From Squalus acanthias (taxonomy: Eukaryota), in NCBI GenBank assembly GCA_030390025.1, contig CM059432.1, forward strand, positions 93,806,001 to 93,870,000: a stretch of 64,000 nucleotides of DNA, given 5' to 3'. This document shows positions 1 through 11,879 of the stretch, in pieces. The translations under genes were made by a program, and so were the position numbers. Positions within the stretch are counted from its first letter, which is position 1, and each line of letters starts with the position of its first letter. The notes under the pieces were generated by a model. It saw only the letters and a program-made list of their open reading frames with translations. It did not search any database and was not told where the DNA came from.

Positions 1-302
1 CGCTCCCGTCAGGTTCCTGCTGGCCAGGTTGGATTAAAATTACCCCCATGGTTTCTAAATGAGAAACAACCAGGTGACAGGAATGACAAAGTATCAGCTA
101 TGGATAAAAAAGTGCTTCAAATCACATGATTCAATAGCAATTAATTATAGTAGATCTCTTTGCAATATTTCAGAGTTTTTGCTGTGATTTTTTAAAAATT
201 AGATTCTTTTCACAGTTATCTTTGGAACTATTTAGGGAAAGGAATGGATTAAATGAGGATGATTAATGATGACAGTTGGTAAGAGGTGAGGGAACCAGTT
301 AC

Positions 303-707
303 CTCAAACTGAGGTTTTTCTTCAGATTTCTCTGAAGGTTTGCCTGTCATTTCAGGCTGCTCCTCCCACCCTTGAGCAGAAGCAGGTCTTTCTGCAATTT
401 CAGCTACCGCTTGATCCACTTTGGGACTCGTCATCTCCCTCTTGTCCTCTTTGGTTTCCACGGTCACCATGCAACTCAGACCCCCTGTATCATCAGATGA
501 GTGAGCTTTGCTCGCCTCTGCTACAGTATCCCACTCAACTCCTGCCAGCTTAGCACACAGAGCGGAAGCATCCTCGCTTGCATGCACATTCAACACATGC
601 TTCTCTTCCATCACCATTGTTTCCTGCATAACCGTCATCATCTTCTCCTGCTCGTGGATTTCATGTTGCACCACTTTAGAACTTTCTTCCCAATTCATTT
701 CAGATTT
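303..707 (-). CDS. EPB41L3: EPB41L3 U3 exon (KSEMNWEE...MQETMVMEEKHVLNVHASEDAS...EEKPQFE)
   Basis: ttttttcctctag|AAA acceptor, GAG|gtaact donor, 405 bp; QET....E....VHAS.DAS and KP.FE as in 4.1B. Confidence 0.9.
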
Positions 708-1974
708 CTAGAGGAAAAAAATAACTCTGCTATGACAATATGTAGCAAAACATAACTATTTCACTAGGGTAGCTAGTAAAAGAATTAGGTCGAAGGCACA
801 ACCATCTCCATCATCTTAAATCCCCATATGATCCACACCATATACTCATTAAAATCTAACTTGAAAAAGCAGCTTTCCCATAATATCGAAATAATCAGTC
901 GACGACAAGTATTGTCAAACTGTAAAATCCCAGAAAGTAGTGAGTAGTGGGAGACCTAAATTGATTTAGTAAAAAAGATTTTTGTCACTGTGTTCAATCT
1001 AAAGCATGCTTTAGGTGCAGGATGCATGCAAAAAACTCTAATGTGATGATGAAAATATACAGGCACTTTTAGAGCTTTGTTCAATTATTTTTCTTCCTTT
1101 TGTCAGCAGATTGAAACTGCAATGCTCCACAGTAGAGTTTCCCCCCACCCCCCAGCTCTGTGTATACGTATATATTACAAAATTCCTCGCTAGCGTCAAT
1201 CATCATGAAGTTGGCAAAGTTTTCAAAACAGAGATCGATTTGAAGAATGCAACCTTTTGTGCAGTCACAGAACAGACTCTGAACCAGAGGTAAGGAATAG
1301 AAGTCAGCACTGGGAGCATTCATTATTCCTGAAACTGATCTCCAAAGGAAGTATTTCAAGAGCCACAATACACAATATAAGTCAGGGGTTTTTTTTTGCA
1401 AATAGAAACAGATAAAACAGAAGAAAGCAATTTTATATTTAAAAAAATGGGGGAACTACAAACAGTCAAACACCCTGAAATGCAATCCACCAACTCTAAT
1501 GGTTTGCTCATCTGCACTCTGTTGGGCTGTAGTTAAGTCTTTTATTGCAAATCTTGTTGCCTTATAAAGCTTGTGTCAAACTTTTAACAAAAACAATTCA
1601 GTACCAGTACTGTTATACACTTTGAATTTGATCTGATTACTACCTTTATGGTTATGGCTTTTGACAATTTCTCAGGTTGAATAAGTTAGAGTACAGGAGG
1701 TTATTGGACAAAGTGGATTTGATTTTAGGAACTTGCTCTTCCATGGAATAAACCCATACCGAAGAATGCATTCCCATCCTCAGTACTACTAAAAATCAAC
1801 AATTAGACGATTATTTGAAACCAGATCATGCTGGATTTCAATAAATTCAAAAGCAGTCAAAAGAAAATCAATAGAGTTGCTAAGTTGATGCACCAACCCA
1901 GTCATCATGCATTTCAGAAGCAGATGGAACAACCTGCCAAAATTATACACACATACACTGAAATAACTAAAGAT

Positions 1975-2124
1975 AGGCCAAGAGTTCTCTCAGAGTTGCT
2001 CACGCGTCACCGCCGTAAACTGAAGTGCACCAGAAAACCCATTTCCACGCGTAAACAAAGTTTCTCCCACACTCCTGGCGTAGTTACGGCAATAAGCAGG
2101 AGCAGCTCCGAGGAAATTCCCAGC
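1975..2124. mobile_element. Short palindromic MITE-like repeat; related copies at ~28688-28810 and ~47027-47165
   Basis: Imperfect self-complementary ends (gagttgctc...gagcagctccgaggaaattcc) and shared internal sequence among three loci. Confidence 0.55.
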
Positions 2125-2883
2125 ATAAAATTCATAAGGCGTCTAAACCATGTTCTTGTTACAGCATTTCTCATCCCTGCTAGTTATTGATATGTGACCT
2201 GTGCACAAGTGCTACTGTGTACAACATAATCTGAGGAAACATCATCACTGTGCATCTTCTGTGTAAAAAAGCTTCCAGCAAACCAGAGAATAAATTTTTT
2301 TAATTCCTAAAGATTGCCAAGCTTAAACTATTGCTAGCAAAATTGCTTGAACAGTACATTTACTTTTAACTTTTCAAGAAGCAATCTCAAAACAGAGAAC
2401 TTGTAATCTGACAAAATCAAGTAGCTGCAATTGCATGTTGTCACAAGCCCACAATGGACTCCATACACTTCCCTCATAGACACAAATGCAATTGGTTCAG
2501 CAATGTGCCTGAGATAATCTCACATTGGATAACTACTGAGGCAGCTAGAACCATTCAAATTGAGGGTGCACTACTCCCAAATTTTACTATTGAAACACTT
2601 CGTAAACACAAGGAAATTTTAAAACTTATCAGAGTGAAGGTAAATTTATGTTGTTACAAATTAAACTTGACAGCTCTGTAGCTTCAGCACAGACTTGCCA
2701 CAATTCAAGTTCCTGATCACCAGCTGCTTCACTGTGAGAAAGCACCAAGTGGAGGCCAGATACTTCCCTACGCAGATGGTAATTTGAGGGAGAATCATTC
2801 CCAGGTCACAGTCGCAAACATCCTGGCTGCAGGTTTGAAAGTGACATTAGTAGAGGCCTGGAAAAGGTCGGTCTCAGGGTGGA

Positions 2884-3224
2884 TATGGTTACCAACCCTC
2901 CAGGATTGCCTTGGAGTCTCCAGGAATTAGAATAATCTACTTCAAGCATACCAGGAGAAAAATCATAGGGAGAATAAAAAAATTGTGTTGCTTATAAAAA
3001 TTTTGAACACTTGTTTACTAGTTATAAAAACATTAGACATGTGAAAAAAGGCTGCTTGACTGACGGTCAAGAATCATCCAATCAGGGAATCATTGCCGTG
3101 GGAAGGCGGTGCACCATAAGGATGGACGTGTCAGGCAACCAATGACAAGAGTGTGGGGGTGGGGCGGTTGGAGGCCATGAAATGAAACCTCCAGGAATAT
3201 GTCCAACCAGAGTTGGCAACCCTA
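2884..3224. mobile_element. Non-autonomous hAT (Blackjack-like) DNA transposon
   Basis: TIRs tatggttaccaac / gttggcaacccta; perfect 8-bp TSD agggtgga at 2876-2883 and 3225-3232. Confidence 0.85.
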
Positions 3225-3437
3225 AGGGTGGATGATGTGTGACATGGAAAGAAAATAACTTAAAAAGATAGAGTGCTGTTCTCACAAAAAAGGACAGTCC
3301 TTTCAAATCCAGTTTTCAAAGTGCAGAAAAACATACTAGAGGCAGACAAAACACCACAAACAGTAAGAAGTGGAAACAACAAAAATGTCTCGAGTCCATT
3401 TCAGTGCAGTGAATTTCTATAAAGAATAAAAAGACAC

Positions 3438-3560
3438 CTGCGCCCAGCTGTATGATGAAGCAGCAGCCCACTCCTTTGCATCCATTTGTTTTCGTGCTGA
3501 ATCTATTAGATTGGAGACGTCTACACTTTCTGAGGTTACTTCAGAGCCAGACTGCTTTGT
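3438..3560 (-). CDS. EPB41L3: EPB41L3 123-nt U3 exon (TKQSGSEVTSESVDVSNLIDSARKQMDAKEWAAASSYSWAQ)
   Basis: ttctgtgtctacacag|ACA acceptor, CAG|gtgtct donor; 41 codons, aligns with the recalled 4.1B segment TKQSSGEK...SARK...SW.Q. Confidence 0.88.
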
Positions 3561-4110
3561 CTGTGTAGACACAGAAAGTCAACATATAAAAGCCAACTGA
3601 CATACATGACTATGTAAACAACAGACAGATAAAAGCTGATTAAAATATACAGGTTGAAGAAGTTGCAAGAGATTAATTAGGACATATGGAAAAAGCAAAA
3701 TAAAAAAAATGTAAGGAAACACGCAGGCAAAAGGACGAGGTAAAAGGTTAATATGGAGGAATGCCACACATTTCAGAGGTTTTGCTAGGTCGTGGGGATG
3801 TGCAAAAGAATCTTGAATGAACCTAATCTGTGCGATAAATTTGCAACAGAAGGTGAAGGGTCTATCTGCTGAAATGCAAATGGGGTTCAGCCTGATGATG
3901 CCTGAATTTTAAGGGAAGTGTGCCTAACTTAACCAGTTAGCAGTGCCAAAAATAAAATGATGAATCTATCTGTGAGGACCACTGGCTAGGTACAAGCAAA
4001 TAGCAGGTAAACTTAATGGTGGCTTTAGCTGTTTAAGCATACCGAAGCCAAGTGTCGCCTGAAAGTCATGCGGATATCTTTAGTCTGTGACAGTCAAGGG
4101 CAACAGTTAC

Positions 4111-4344
4111 CAATAATCTTGATCCCGTTGACTCAGTAAAATAGTGTGCTGTAGCAATGGTAAACATTGGCTCTTCACCAGTCTTCCATTTGGTCATTGA
4201 GGTCTCATACTTCTGCATGGCTGGCCCCATATCAGAGCTTTCAATTCCTCTCTGTCTTGCAGTTTCTTTAGGTTTCAGGCTACTTTTTGTTTCCCCCTTC
4301 TTTGAAATGTCAGTTTCTTCCAATGTAGACAGCACAGTTTTCTG
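4111..4344 (-). CDS. EPB41L3: Candidate EPB41L3 U3 cassette exon (QKTVLSTLEETDISKKG...WKTGEEPMFTIATAHYFTESTGSRLL); 5' boundary uncertain
   Basis: ttttgtgtcatctgtcaaacag|cag tandem acceptor, TTG|gtaact donor, 234 bp in frame; lies within ORF 4066-4416. Confidence 0.65.
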
Positions 4345-4681
4345 CTGTTTGACAGATGACACAAAATCTACCAATTGTTGTTGTTTTGACCAACATACAT
4401 CTCTCTTCATCTTCAACTTTACTTCCTCCTCTACTAACTGGTGTCAACCACTGCCTCATAATATCAGCATTGCCTTTTAGATGTTGTCTATATTGGAGTT
4501 CCTCTCTCACCCCTCCCATATAAATTAATACATTTTGTTTTTCAAATTTATGCATTACAAGATTTCAGCAGTCATTTTGAACTAGGTTAGGAAGTACATT
4601 TTTTTTTATTAACCAAAACACATTCCTCTACTTTTAAAATTAGAAAAATTTTATCAGCTCCAAGTGCATGGTTGAATCTAG

Positions 4682-4853
4682 AGGGTAATTTTTTGTCTTC
4701 ACTGCATGGGCAGCAATCTGGCGGAGCAGGTCGTCCACCCATTATAGAACTTGTTGATTTTCATTAATCAATGGAATGAAAATTGGTGGGTTCTATAACA
4801 GGTGGGTAATCTGCTCTGCCAGATTACCACCCACACGGAAGACAAAAATTTAC
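4682..4853. mobile_element. ~170-bp palindromic MITE
   Basis: Nested inverted repeats across the element: taatttttgtcttc/gaagacaaaaattta, aatctggc/gccagatt, ttatagaac/gttctataa. Confidence 0.7.
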
Positions 4854-5250
4854 TAATAGGCATCTCCACTAAAATGTAACCTTCAGTACATGGCCCTTCT
4901 ACAGTGCTTCAGTTTTGGTCTCTGGCGTTTACAGGATTTTTTAAACTTTTTTGTATCAAATTTCTTTTAAAGAGCAACTACCTAAATTCACAGAATTTGT
5001 GCTAACATTATACTTACTAACAGTGAATAGAAGCATTTTTTTCACCCATCTGTTGTAATAATGCTGTTGAGAACACTTCTGTATTCATCTGTTTCAAAGG
5101 GGAAGAAGAACTGGCACTGTGTATGATGTGGGGATTCAGTTTCAGAACTGAACAGGTTGTAAAGTCACAGGTTTTCAATAAACCACTACATCACTCACAC
5201 CAAAGCAAATATCTAAATAGACCTGTAACATTTTATATGCTAAACACTTA

Positions 5251-6008
5251 GGGCCAAAAATTCGGCCCTTCCCAGGTGAGTACACAGTGCGTACTCACCC
5301 GTAATGCGTCCCGAAGTGCCGGTTTCCTGCATGCACTGCGCATGCGCGGGAAACCGGAACTTCCGGTCTGGTGAAGGGGGCGGTTCCTAGGTGAACCGCG
5401 TGCGCGCTAGAGGCTGCGCGCACGCAGCACACTTAGATTTTTTTTCAGGTTTCTACGCGAGGGTAAGTATTGAAGATACTACGCTAATGAAAAGGAGGCG
5501 AAAGACCCGTTTTCAACAAGGTAAGTGGTTAATTAAGTATAATTAAAAAAAATTTCAACAGGTTTATCTTTTTTAGATACTTTAAAGAAAGGTAAGTTTA
5601 TTTTTATCACTTTTAAAAGGTATTTTAATTTTTTCAAAAATTTAAATTTTTGTTTAAAGTGGTTAATTTATTTAACTATAGTTATTTTATAAATGTGATG
5701 GTTTTTAAATTTTTTTATTTTAGCTGTTCTTTTGGGGCCGATTTCAATTCACAGATTTGACAGGTCTCCTGTCAAATCTATGAATGAAAGATGGTCTGCT
5801 GCCATTGGCTCTCCATGGCCCACGTGATCCCAGGGGACGCATTGCACTAACTGCGCCCCTGGGACACGCACGCACTGCGCGCCGGCAGTTGGGAGAGGCC
5901 CAGGAGCTGAAGTTCCCGTGGGCCCAAAACACAACGGCAGGCGCAGTAGGTAAGTGCGCGCGCGATCCTTACCCCCGCGGCAAGCCGGAGAGGCGAATTT
6001 CTGGGCCT
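5251..6008. mobile_element. Non-autonomous DNA transposon with GGGCC..AAATTC TIRs, GC-rich arms and AT-rich core, flanked by TA
   Basis: gggccaaaaattc ... gaatttctgggcct; TA on both sides; internal ggcccacgtgatcccaggg shared with 24106-24839. Confidence 0.7.
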
Positions 6009-6111
6009 TAGTTTGGGAATCCACCAATCCCAGCTCAGGATACAGTACATGATGAACTGAAATTCTATCCTTTGCTTGTAAACTATGTAGGCTGTATAAC
6101 TGGATCATAGG

Positions 6112-6199
6112 GTCACTGCAGATGGGTATATAACAGGATCAGAGTCACTGCAGATGGGTATATAACAGGATCAGAGTCACTGCAGATGGGTATATAACA
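6112..6199 (+). repeat. 32-bp tandem repeat, ~2.75 copies
   Basis: gtcactgcagatgggtatataacaggatcaga starts at 6112, 6144 and 6176. Confidence 0.9.
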
Positions 6200-6289
6200 T
6201 CAAAGTACATACATTATCTTAGGACTGAGGGCAAAGTACATCGAGTTTCTATGGCTTATTTGCCAAAATGGCCCTAACCAAAGTTACAA

Positions 6290-7024
6290 ACTCCTTACAC
6301 CAATTCTATTCCCATCTCTGGCCACTATCTCAGGTTGAACCAGACTCGCAACCTCAGCATCCTACTTGACCCCAATGTCATATTCTCTCCATCATAAAGA
6401 CCGCCTACTTCCACCTCCATAACAATACCCACCTCTGCCCCTATCTCAGCCCATCTGCTGTTGAAACCCTCATCCATGCCTTTGTCACCTCCAGACGTGA
6501 CTATTCCAATGCTCTCCTGGCTGGCCTCCCATCCTCCACCCTCTGTAAACTTCACCACATCCAAAAATCTGCTGTACTTATGCTATCCTGGACCAAGTCC
6601 CACTCATCCATCACCCCTGCTTTCACTGAACTATATTAATTCCCGTCCCTCAATGCCGCAAATTAAAATAAATCATCCATGTGTTTAAATCCACACATGG
6701 TCTCGCCCTCCCTAACTCTGTAAACTTCCCCATCAATACAACATTCCCCAAACTCTCTGTCCCTCTGACTTTGGCCTGTTCTGCATTTCCCCCTCCCTTC
6801 TTCACCCCACTACTGGTGACTGCGTCTTCAGCTGCCTCGGCTGTTCTGGAACTCCCTCTCTAAACCTCTCCTCCTTAAAACCCACCTCTTGGACCAAGCT
6901 TTCGGTCACTCCCTCCTACTATCTCCTTCCGAGGCTCATCGTCCATTTTTTGATTGTGCCTCCGTAATGGGCTTTGGGGCTTTTTTCAATGCTAAAAATG
7001 CTATATAAATGCAGGTTGTTGTTT
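6290..7024 (+). mobile_element. L2-like LINE 3' fragment
   Basis: gctgttgaaaccctcatccatgcctttgtcacctccagac (ETLIHAFVTSR) and tail gctatataaatgcaggttgttgtt. Confidence 0.8.
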
Positions 7025-7448
7025 TTGATATTAGGTCATTGAGACTGCACAACTGAGCAAACTTGCATTGAGTACCACTGAAATAGCATTGTTACCAGCC
7101 ACCCGTGATGCTGTATTAGACTAAGCAAGTTCATTTAAACTCTTCAAACATTTTATCAAATGTATCAACTTGTTTTTTGCTCAGCTAACAGCCCAAGCCT
7201 CACATACAGTAACAGTTTATATTTGATCAATCATTTTAATGTTAAGGATGTTTGTGTCCAATTGTAATGTGTATGCAGCCAAAAGACAGATTAAACAGAC
7301 TTAAATCCAACTTGGCTGTTAATTACAGAGTTTTACCTTTGGATTCTTAGCTGAGAATACAACATTCAGTTAAAATTCAAGTTTAAATAATGTGTCAACA
7401 ACCCCAAATATCAATAATGTGTAACAATGAGTTTTAAAAAATAGCAAC

Positions 7449-7553
7449 CTCTGGGGGAGATGAGACTGTTTTGGTGACCACAACTTCATGAGACACCAGG
7501 GGGCTATGATCAACAGTTGGCTCCTTGTCCACCACCATCTTCTCTTCTCCAGC
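7449..7553 (-). CDS. EPB41L3: Candidate EPB41L3 U3 cassette exon (AGEEKMVVDKEPTVDHSPLVSHEVVVTKTVSSPPE)
   Basis: ttttcattctcaatgatttatcag|GCT acceptor, GAG|gttgct donor, 105 bp, phase 0-0, stop-free. Confidence 0.65.
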
Positions 7554-8129
7554 CTGATAAATCATTGAGAATGAAAATACTAGTGTCAATTAACAAGCAA
7601 ACTATATAGCATTCTAACTTCAGTGAAAGTTCCAGGTGTACAAGACTCATGAAAAGCACAAGAAGGGCAATTTTCATGATGCACACTCCAGGCGCAGGAC
7701 TTCACCTGCCAGAAGTGCATATTGGGAAATTGTAGGTGCGTTCCCCACAAATTTTCATCCATGGGTGGAAAATCGTAGGGAGCATTGTGGCTGGTGAGGC
7801 TCTACACTGGGAGCATGCATTCAGAAAATTGGTCCTAATGTATACAACCAACAGACACAAGTCAATTTCACAAAGAATAACATTTAAAATAAAATGAAAA
7901 ATTGGGGGGGGGGGGGGGGGGGGGGGAGAAATTGTCCAGCTCACAAACATCATGAAATGAGAATTTTCATACGAAACGTCATTTTAACTGTACAATACCT
8001 TTTTGCCATAATTTTCAGATACGTATCTAAAATAAAATTACTGCAGCTGTAAATTGTTGAGTAATATTATTTGTGAAAGTAAAGGGGCTGTTAGCATGTA
8101 TAACAATTAAATATAAAACTAGAAGTACA

Positions 8130-8760
8130 ATTCTCACCTTGTAGAAGGCCTTGGTCTGTCCCCACACATAGCAGGGGATATTGATGCACTGGAAAAAGTC
8201 CAGAGAAAGGACCCACCCAAATAATACATAGTTTAAGGGCCGTTAGTTTTCAGAATGGGCTTAGGGAACTGTGGGCAGGTTACCTAAGCAAGATAGGCAG
8301 TGGAGGACTAGGGAGGGCATCAGTACTAGTTAAGAAAGCATAGAACTGGGTTAGATGCCAGGAAGTACTTCTTTTCACAGTCAGCATCCTCTAAATAGTT
8401 TGGCAGAACGTGCAATGAGTGTGGCTCCACTGCAGGCTTTCAAAAGGGAGCTGGATGAGTTCCTGTGACTGGAAGACATCTTAATTTATAGAAGGTATGT
8501 GGGCTAACTGGCAGTAGTGAAATCAGTCACTGTGGTCTCCTGGAGTTTGCTTAATTGCCTTTGTGGGTTGAAGAGGAATTTTCTTCAGTTTCCTCCTAAA
8601 CTGAGCAAAGGTATGTTCTCTGTTTTTATTTGCCTGATGATTGCGTGACTGAAGGGGAGGTGGGGAATGGGGCTACTGGTGCATCCTACATGCACTAATT
8701 CAGGACAGGATGAGATTGATGAACCAGCTGGTAGTCTTCTGTCCTTTTTTGTATGCTGGT
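8130..8760 (+). mobile_element. Degenerate CR1 LINE 3' fragment
   Basis: Remnants of LYKALV.PH and DIDALEKVQR, plus ttcaaaagggagctggatg. Confidence 0.5.
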
Positions 8761-9409
8761 GTTTTTGGATTAATATTCTACATGCTCATATTAAATTCCA
8801 CTGCCCACTATTTTAATGGGGCCATTAATCCATTATTTTAAATAGATTGATGCCTCCATTAAAATAACAATCAGAAATGTGATATGAATCTATTAAACAT
8901 TGGCACAATATCACTTGCAGTAATTTCCTGACTCATATTTCTTGATTTAGTTATTTTTCCTCTGAGCAAGCAAGTTTCTATTTTATTGTGGTATCACGCT
9001 AGTTAAGCTCAGACCACTGGCAACAATGTGATATTAAGAGAAAGGACAAGATGACAGATTACAAACCCACTGAATTAAACAGAACCTCTTAAATTAAACA
9101 GCGAAATGCATTGAAACAAATCTCCCTCACATCAGTTTTACTTTTAAATCAGACTGGAGAGTGTAAAAATTTTGCTGGGTGGATAATGCTCAATTTTTAT
9201 GACACTAACAATGTTGAACAATGGATACTGTAGGCTTTCAGGGTTTACTGTTTTCTATGCAAATGTTACATGAAAACATCCAAGTTGGGCCAATACGCAA
9301 GCATAAATGAACTGGATGAATCTCTTAATAAATACAAATTTATTTTTATTAGCTGTTTAAAAAAGGAACTACATGTGAAAAGCAATAAAGGGAAAACAAC
9401 TTGTATTGC

Positions 9410-9516
9410 AAAAGCTTTGTTTTGAAGAAGGCTCTGCACCTAAAATGTTAATTTTTCTGTTCTCTCTGCAGATGCTGACTGACCAGCTGTGTGTTTCCAA
9501 CATTTTCTATTTTTGT
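9410..9516 (+). mobile_element. Decayed Penelope-like pLTR fragment with an eroded hammerhead
   Basis: ttgaagaaggctctgcacctaaaatgttaa...ctctctgcagatgctgactgaccagctgtgtgtttccaacattttc, similar to 25581-25680. Confidence 0.6.
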
Positions 9517-10173
9517 ACTGTATTGCATTGTGCACATATTTTAATTATGGGAAAAAACAAAGATGAAGGCAGACATATTTCACTTTGAATTCATAAGTGC
9601 TTTGTGGTATACAAGCATATTTCAGTATTAAATCAAAATATAGGCCATTGTATGAATGCAGGGCCAACATTTTCAGTGGTATGGTTCAACCCAACTCAGA
9701 TTGTAAAGCAGCATAACCTGCAACTCACAATGCCGTGTATCTAGCTTTAAAAGTTATCCGGTGAGGGGACAGACAAGTAAAATGACAGACATCTTCCATA
9801 AAATACAGAGAATCTCCTCTTATGCAACTAGTTTGTTTCCAGCAGAATGATTTTTGACTAACTTATTATTGGCAATGCTTAATTTAGTCACAGCACTACA
9901 CATTTAACAATATTTTGCAAATGCTGATGCACTGACATTGTCATGCATAGTATATATTTGTTTTAAAAATATATAATCGAAAACTTAAGACCCACTCTTA
10001 CAATAGAGCAAACTATCAGAGATCAGGGCCAGAATGTCCAGCACTGAATCCTGATTCAATTTCAGGAAGATTTAACAATAATGTCTGAATATGAAATAAG
10101 AGATGCAGGAAAGTTAAAGAACATAATAGCAGCTGCACACTACAGTAATAGCAAAATATATCAAATGCGATAC

Positions 10174-10278
10174 CTTTACTGGTCTTTCACCTTCTTTCAC
10201 CACAGAAATGTCAGGCCCAGCAACACTCTGTTCATCCACAGACTTGCTTTGTAGTGTCTCACCAGCATCCTCTTTGGT
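10174..10278 (-). CDS. EPB41L3: Candidate EPB41L3 U3 cassette exon (TKEDAGETLQSKSVDEQSVAGPDISVVKEGERPVK)
   Basis: ttttaacattgataccag|ACC acceptor, AAG|gtatcg donor, 105 bp, phase 0-0, stop-free, E/K/V-rich like neighbouring exons. Confidence 0.7.
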
Positions 10279-10596
10279 CTGGTATCAATGTTAAAACAAT
10301 TCAGTGACAAGTATATAAAATGATCTTTCAAACTGGGTTACATTAAAAACTAATACATTAATAGTCATCAGAATGTCAATAACATGGAAAGCATACAGTT
10401 GTATAATCCCGCTACACTTTATTTTATACAAGTTACTTATTACACTGTAAGTATCTTATAATTAAGCAATGTTGTAACATATACAATTTTAGCTGCATAA
10501 AGTTGGACAAATCAGTGTACAAGTGTTGACAAGTATAAAGCCACACATTTCTGAATGCAACATGGAGTTTTAAAATAACACTGCAACATAAATTAC

Positions 10597-10785
10597 CTCC
10601 TCAGGCACAAGGGGCTCAATCATAGGCAAGTCCTCGGTCTTCGAAAAGGATCTAACTGGAGAGGCAGATAACCTCTTTTCCCATTCGTCAGGTCCGCTTT
10701 CAGATGTAGATTCCAGGAATGTTCGTTTCATCTCATTTATGTTGGCATGGTGCTTAACCACCTCTTCCTGAGTTTTGTCAAAGTC
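10597..10785 (-). CDS. EPB41L3: EPB41L3 SAB exon (DFDKTQEEVVKHHANINEMKRTFLES...EWEKRLSASPVR...MIEPLVPEE)
   Basis: ggaaag|GAC acceptor, GAG|gtaatt donor, 189 bp; KH..NI.E.KRTF and EWEKRLS.SP SAB motifs. Confidence 0.93.
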
Positions 10786-11164
10786 CTTTCCATTAACAAA
10801 AAAAAATCAAAGGCAAATAATTTTAGCACATCATCCTAATATCATTGTGTTATTCAAACTATTATGGCTCTTCATTTCCTCAGAAGTGTGGTATGGATGT
10901 TTCATTTCATCTCAATACTTTCACCACTATAATTCTGCATTTTTAATCATTCTATAATTGACACTTAAAAAATGGTGAGACTAATTATATTAAGTATGCC
11001 TTTATAATATAAAATATCTGCCCTGTGTTGAAAGCTTCTTGAACAGATTGCACCAGGCTGAGCAAAAACATCGTAAAGCTGCAGTACTTAATGAACTTAA
11101 TTTTGGACAGAATTCTTCACCCCCCAAAAAGTCAGCTCCCAGAATTTTGCAATTCAGCCATCTT

Positions 11165-11525
11165 GAAGACTCAGTTGATTAAGCGGTGAGCATCTGAGCC
11201 ACACATCAGGAAAGTCCCACATTCAATCCTCAGTCTGTGCTGTTTCAGCTGAGGTTGGTGGAAGGAATGCTGCAATTTACCTCATTTCCCTTGGAGGGGT
11301 GGGGCCGGGTGGGGCGGTGGCATCATACCAGGGCTCCCAATTTTAATCACTGCAAGTGTTCAAGTGGACATCACGTGGGTACAGGACCAGGCTTGGCAGC
11401 GTTGTTGCCTGTGACCCAATAGCCTGTCTATACTGACGTGGAGGAGGATACTTTGAGTAGAGGGGTACTGGTGCCAATGCAACTGTAACCTAGCGAGGAG
11501 TTAAGAGCTTTCACAACAGGAAGTA
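11165..11525 (+). mobile_element. tRNA-derived SINE (Deu/SacSINE-like), degenerate
   Basis: tRNA-like head (ctcagttgattaa...ttcaatcctcagtctgtgctg) and A-rich end. Confidence 0.45.
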
Positions 11526-11879
11526 AAAAAAAAACGAAAAAAAAACTTTATCATTCATTTTACCAAATATTGCACCAATATAAACAGCTTAAGCTTAGTA
11601 TAATCCTAACAATAACATCCAGTTAGTTTTTAATAACGTGTTAATTGACACGCTATTCTAGTTAAAAAATAAAAATAGCCTTTGAAATGCATGTTGCTGC
11701 CAGTAAAAATCAACATCATCCACTATTTCAACAACCACACATCACATGCCATCAATGCCAAAATAAATGCATCCCTTGTAGGTTGAAACATGTGATACTT
11801 TGTGGTTTGGCTATCCGCTGGTAGTTTTAGCTTGATCACTTCAAGCAGTATCACTCTCCCTCTTCACAGACAAATCCTT

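Noticed and set aside
1081-1401. 106-aa minus-strand ORF between two U3 exons
   Set aside because: No convincing splice sites or recognisable similarity; likely chance.
6112-6199. 32-bp direct repeats as a CRISPR-like array
   Set aside because: Head-to-tail copies without unique spacers, in a vertebrate intron with no cas genes: a minisatellite.
7903-7926. Long poly-G run (also ~27894-27908)
   Set aside because: Simple homopolymer of uncertain length; G-quadruplex potential alone is not evidence of function.
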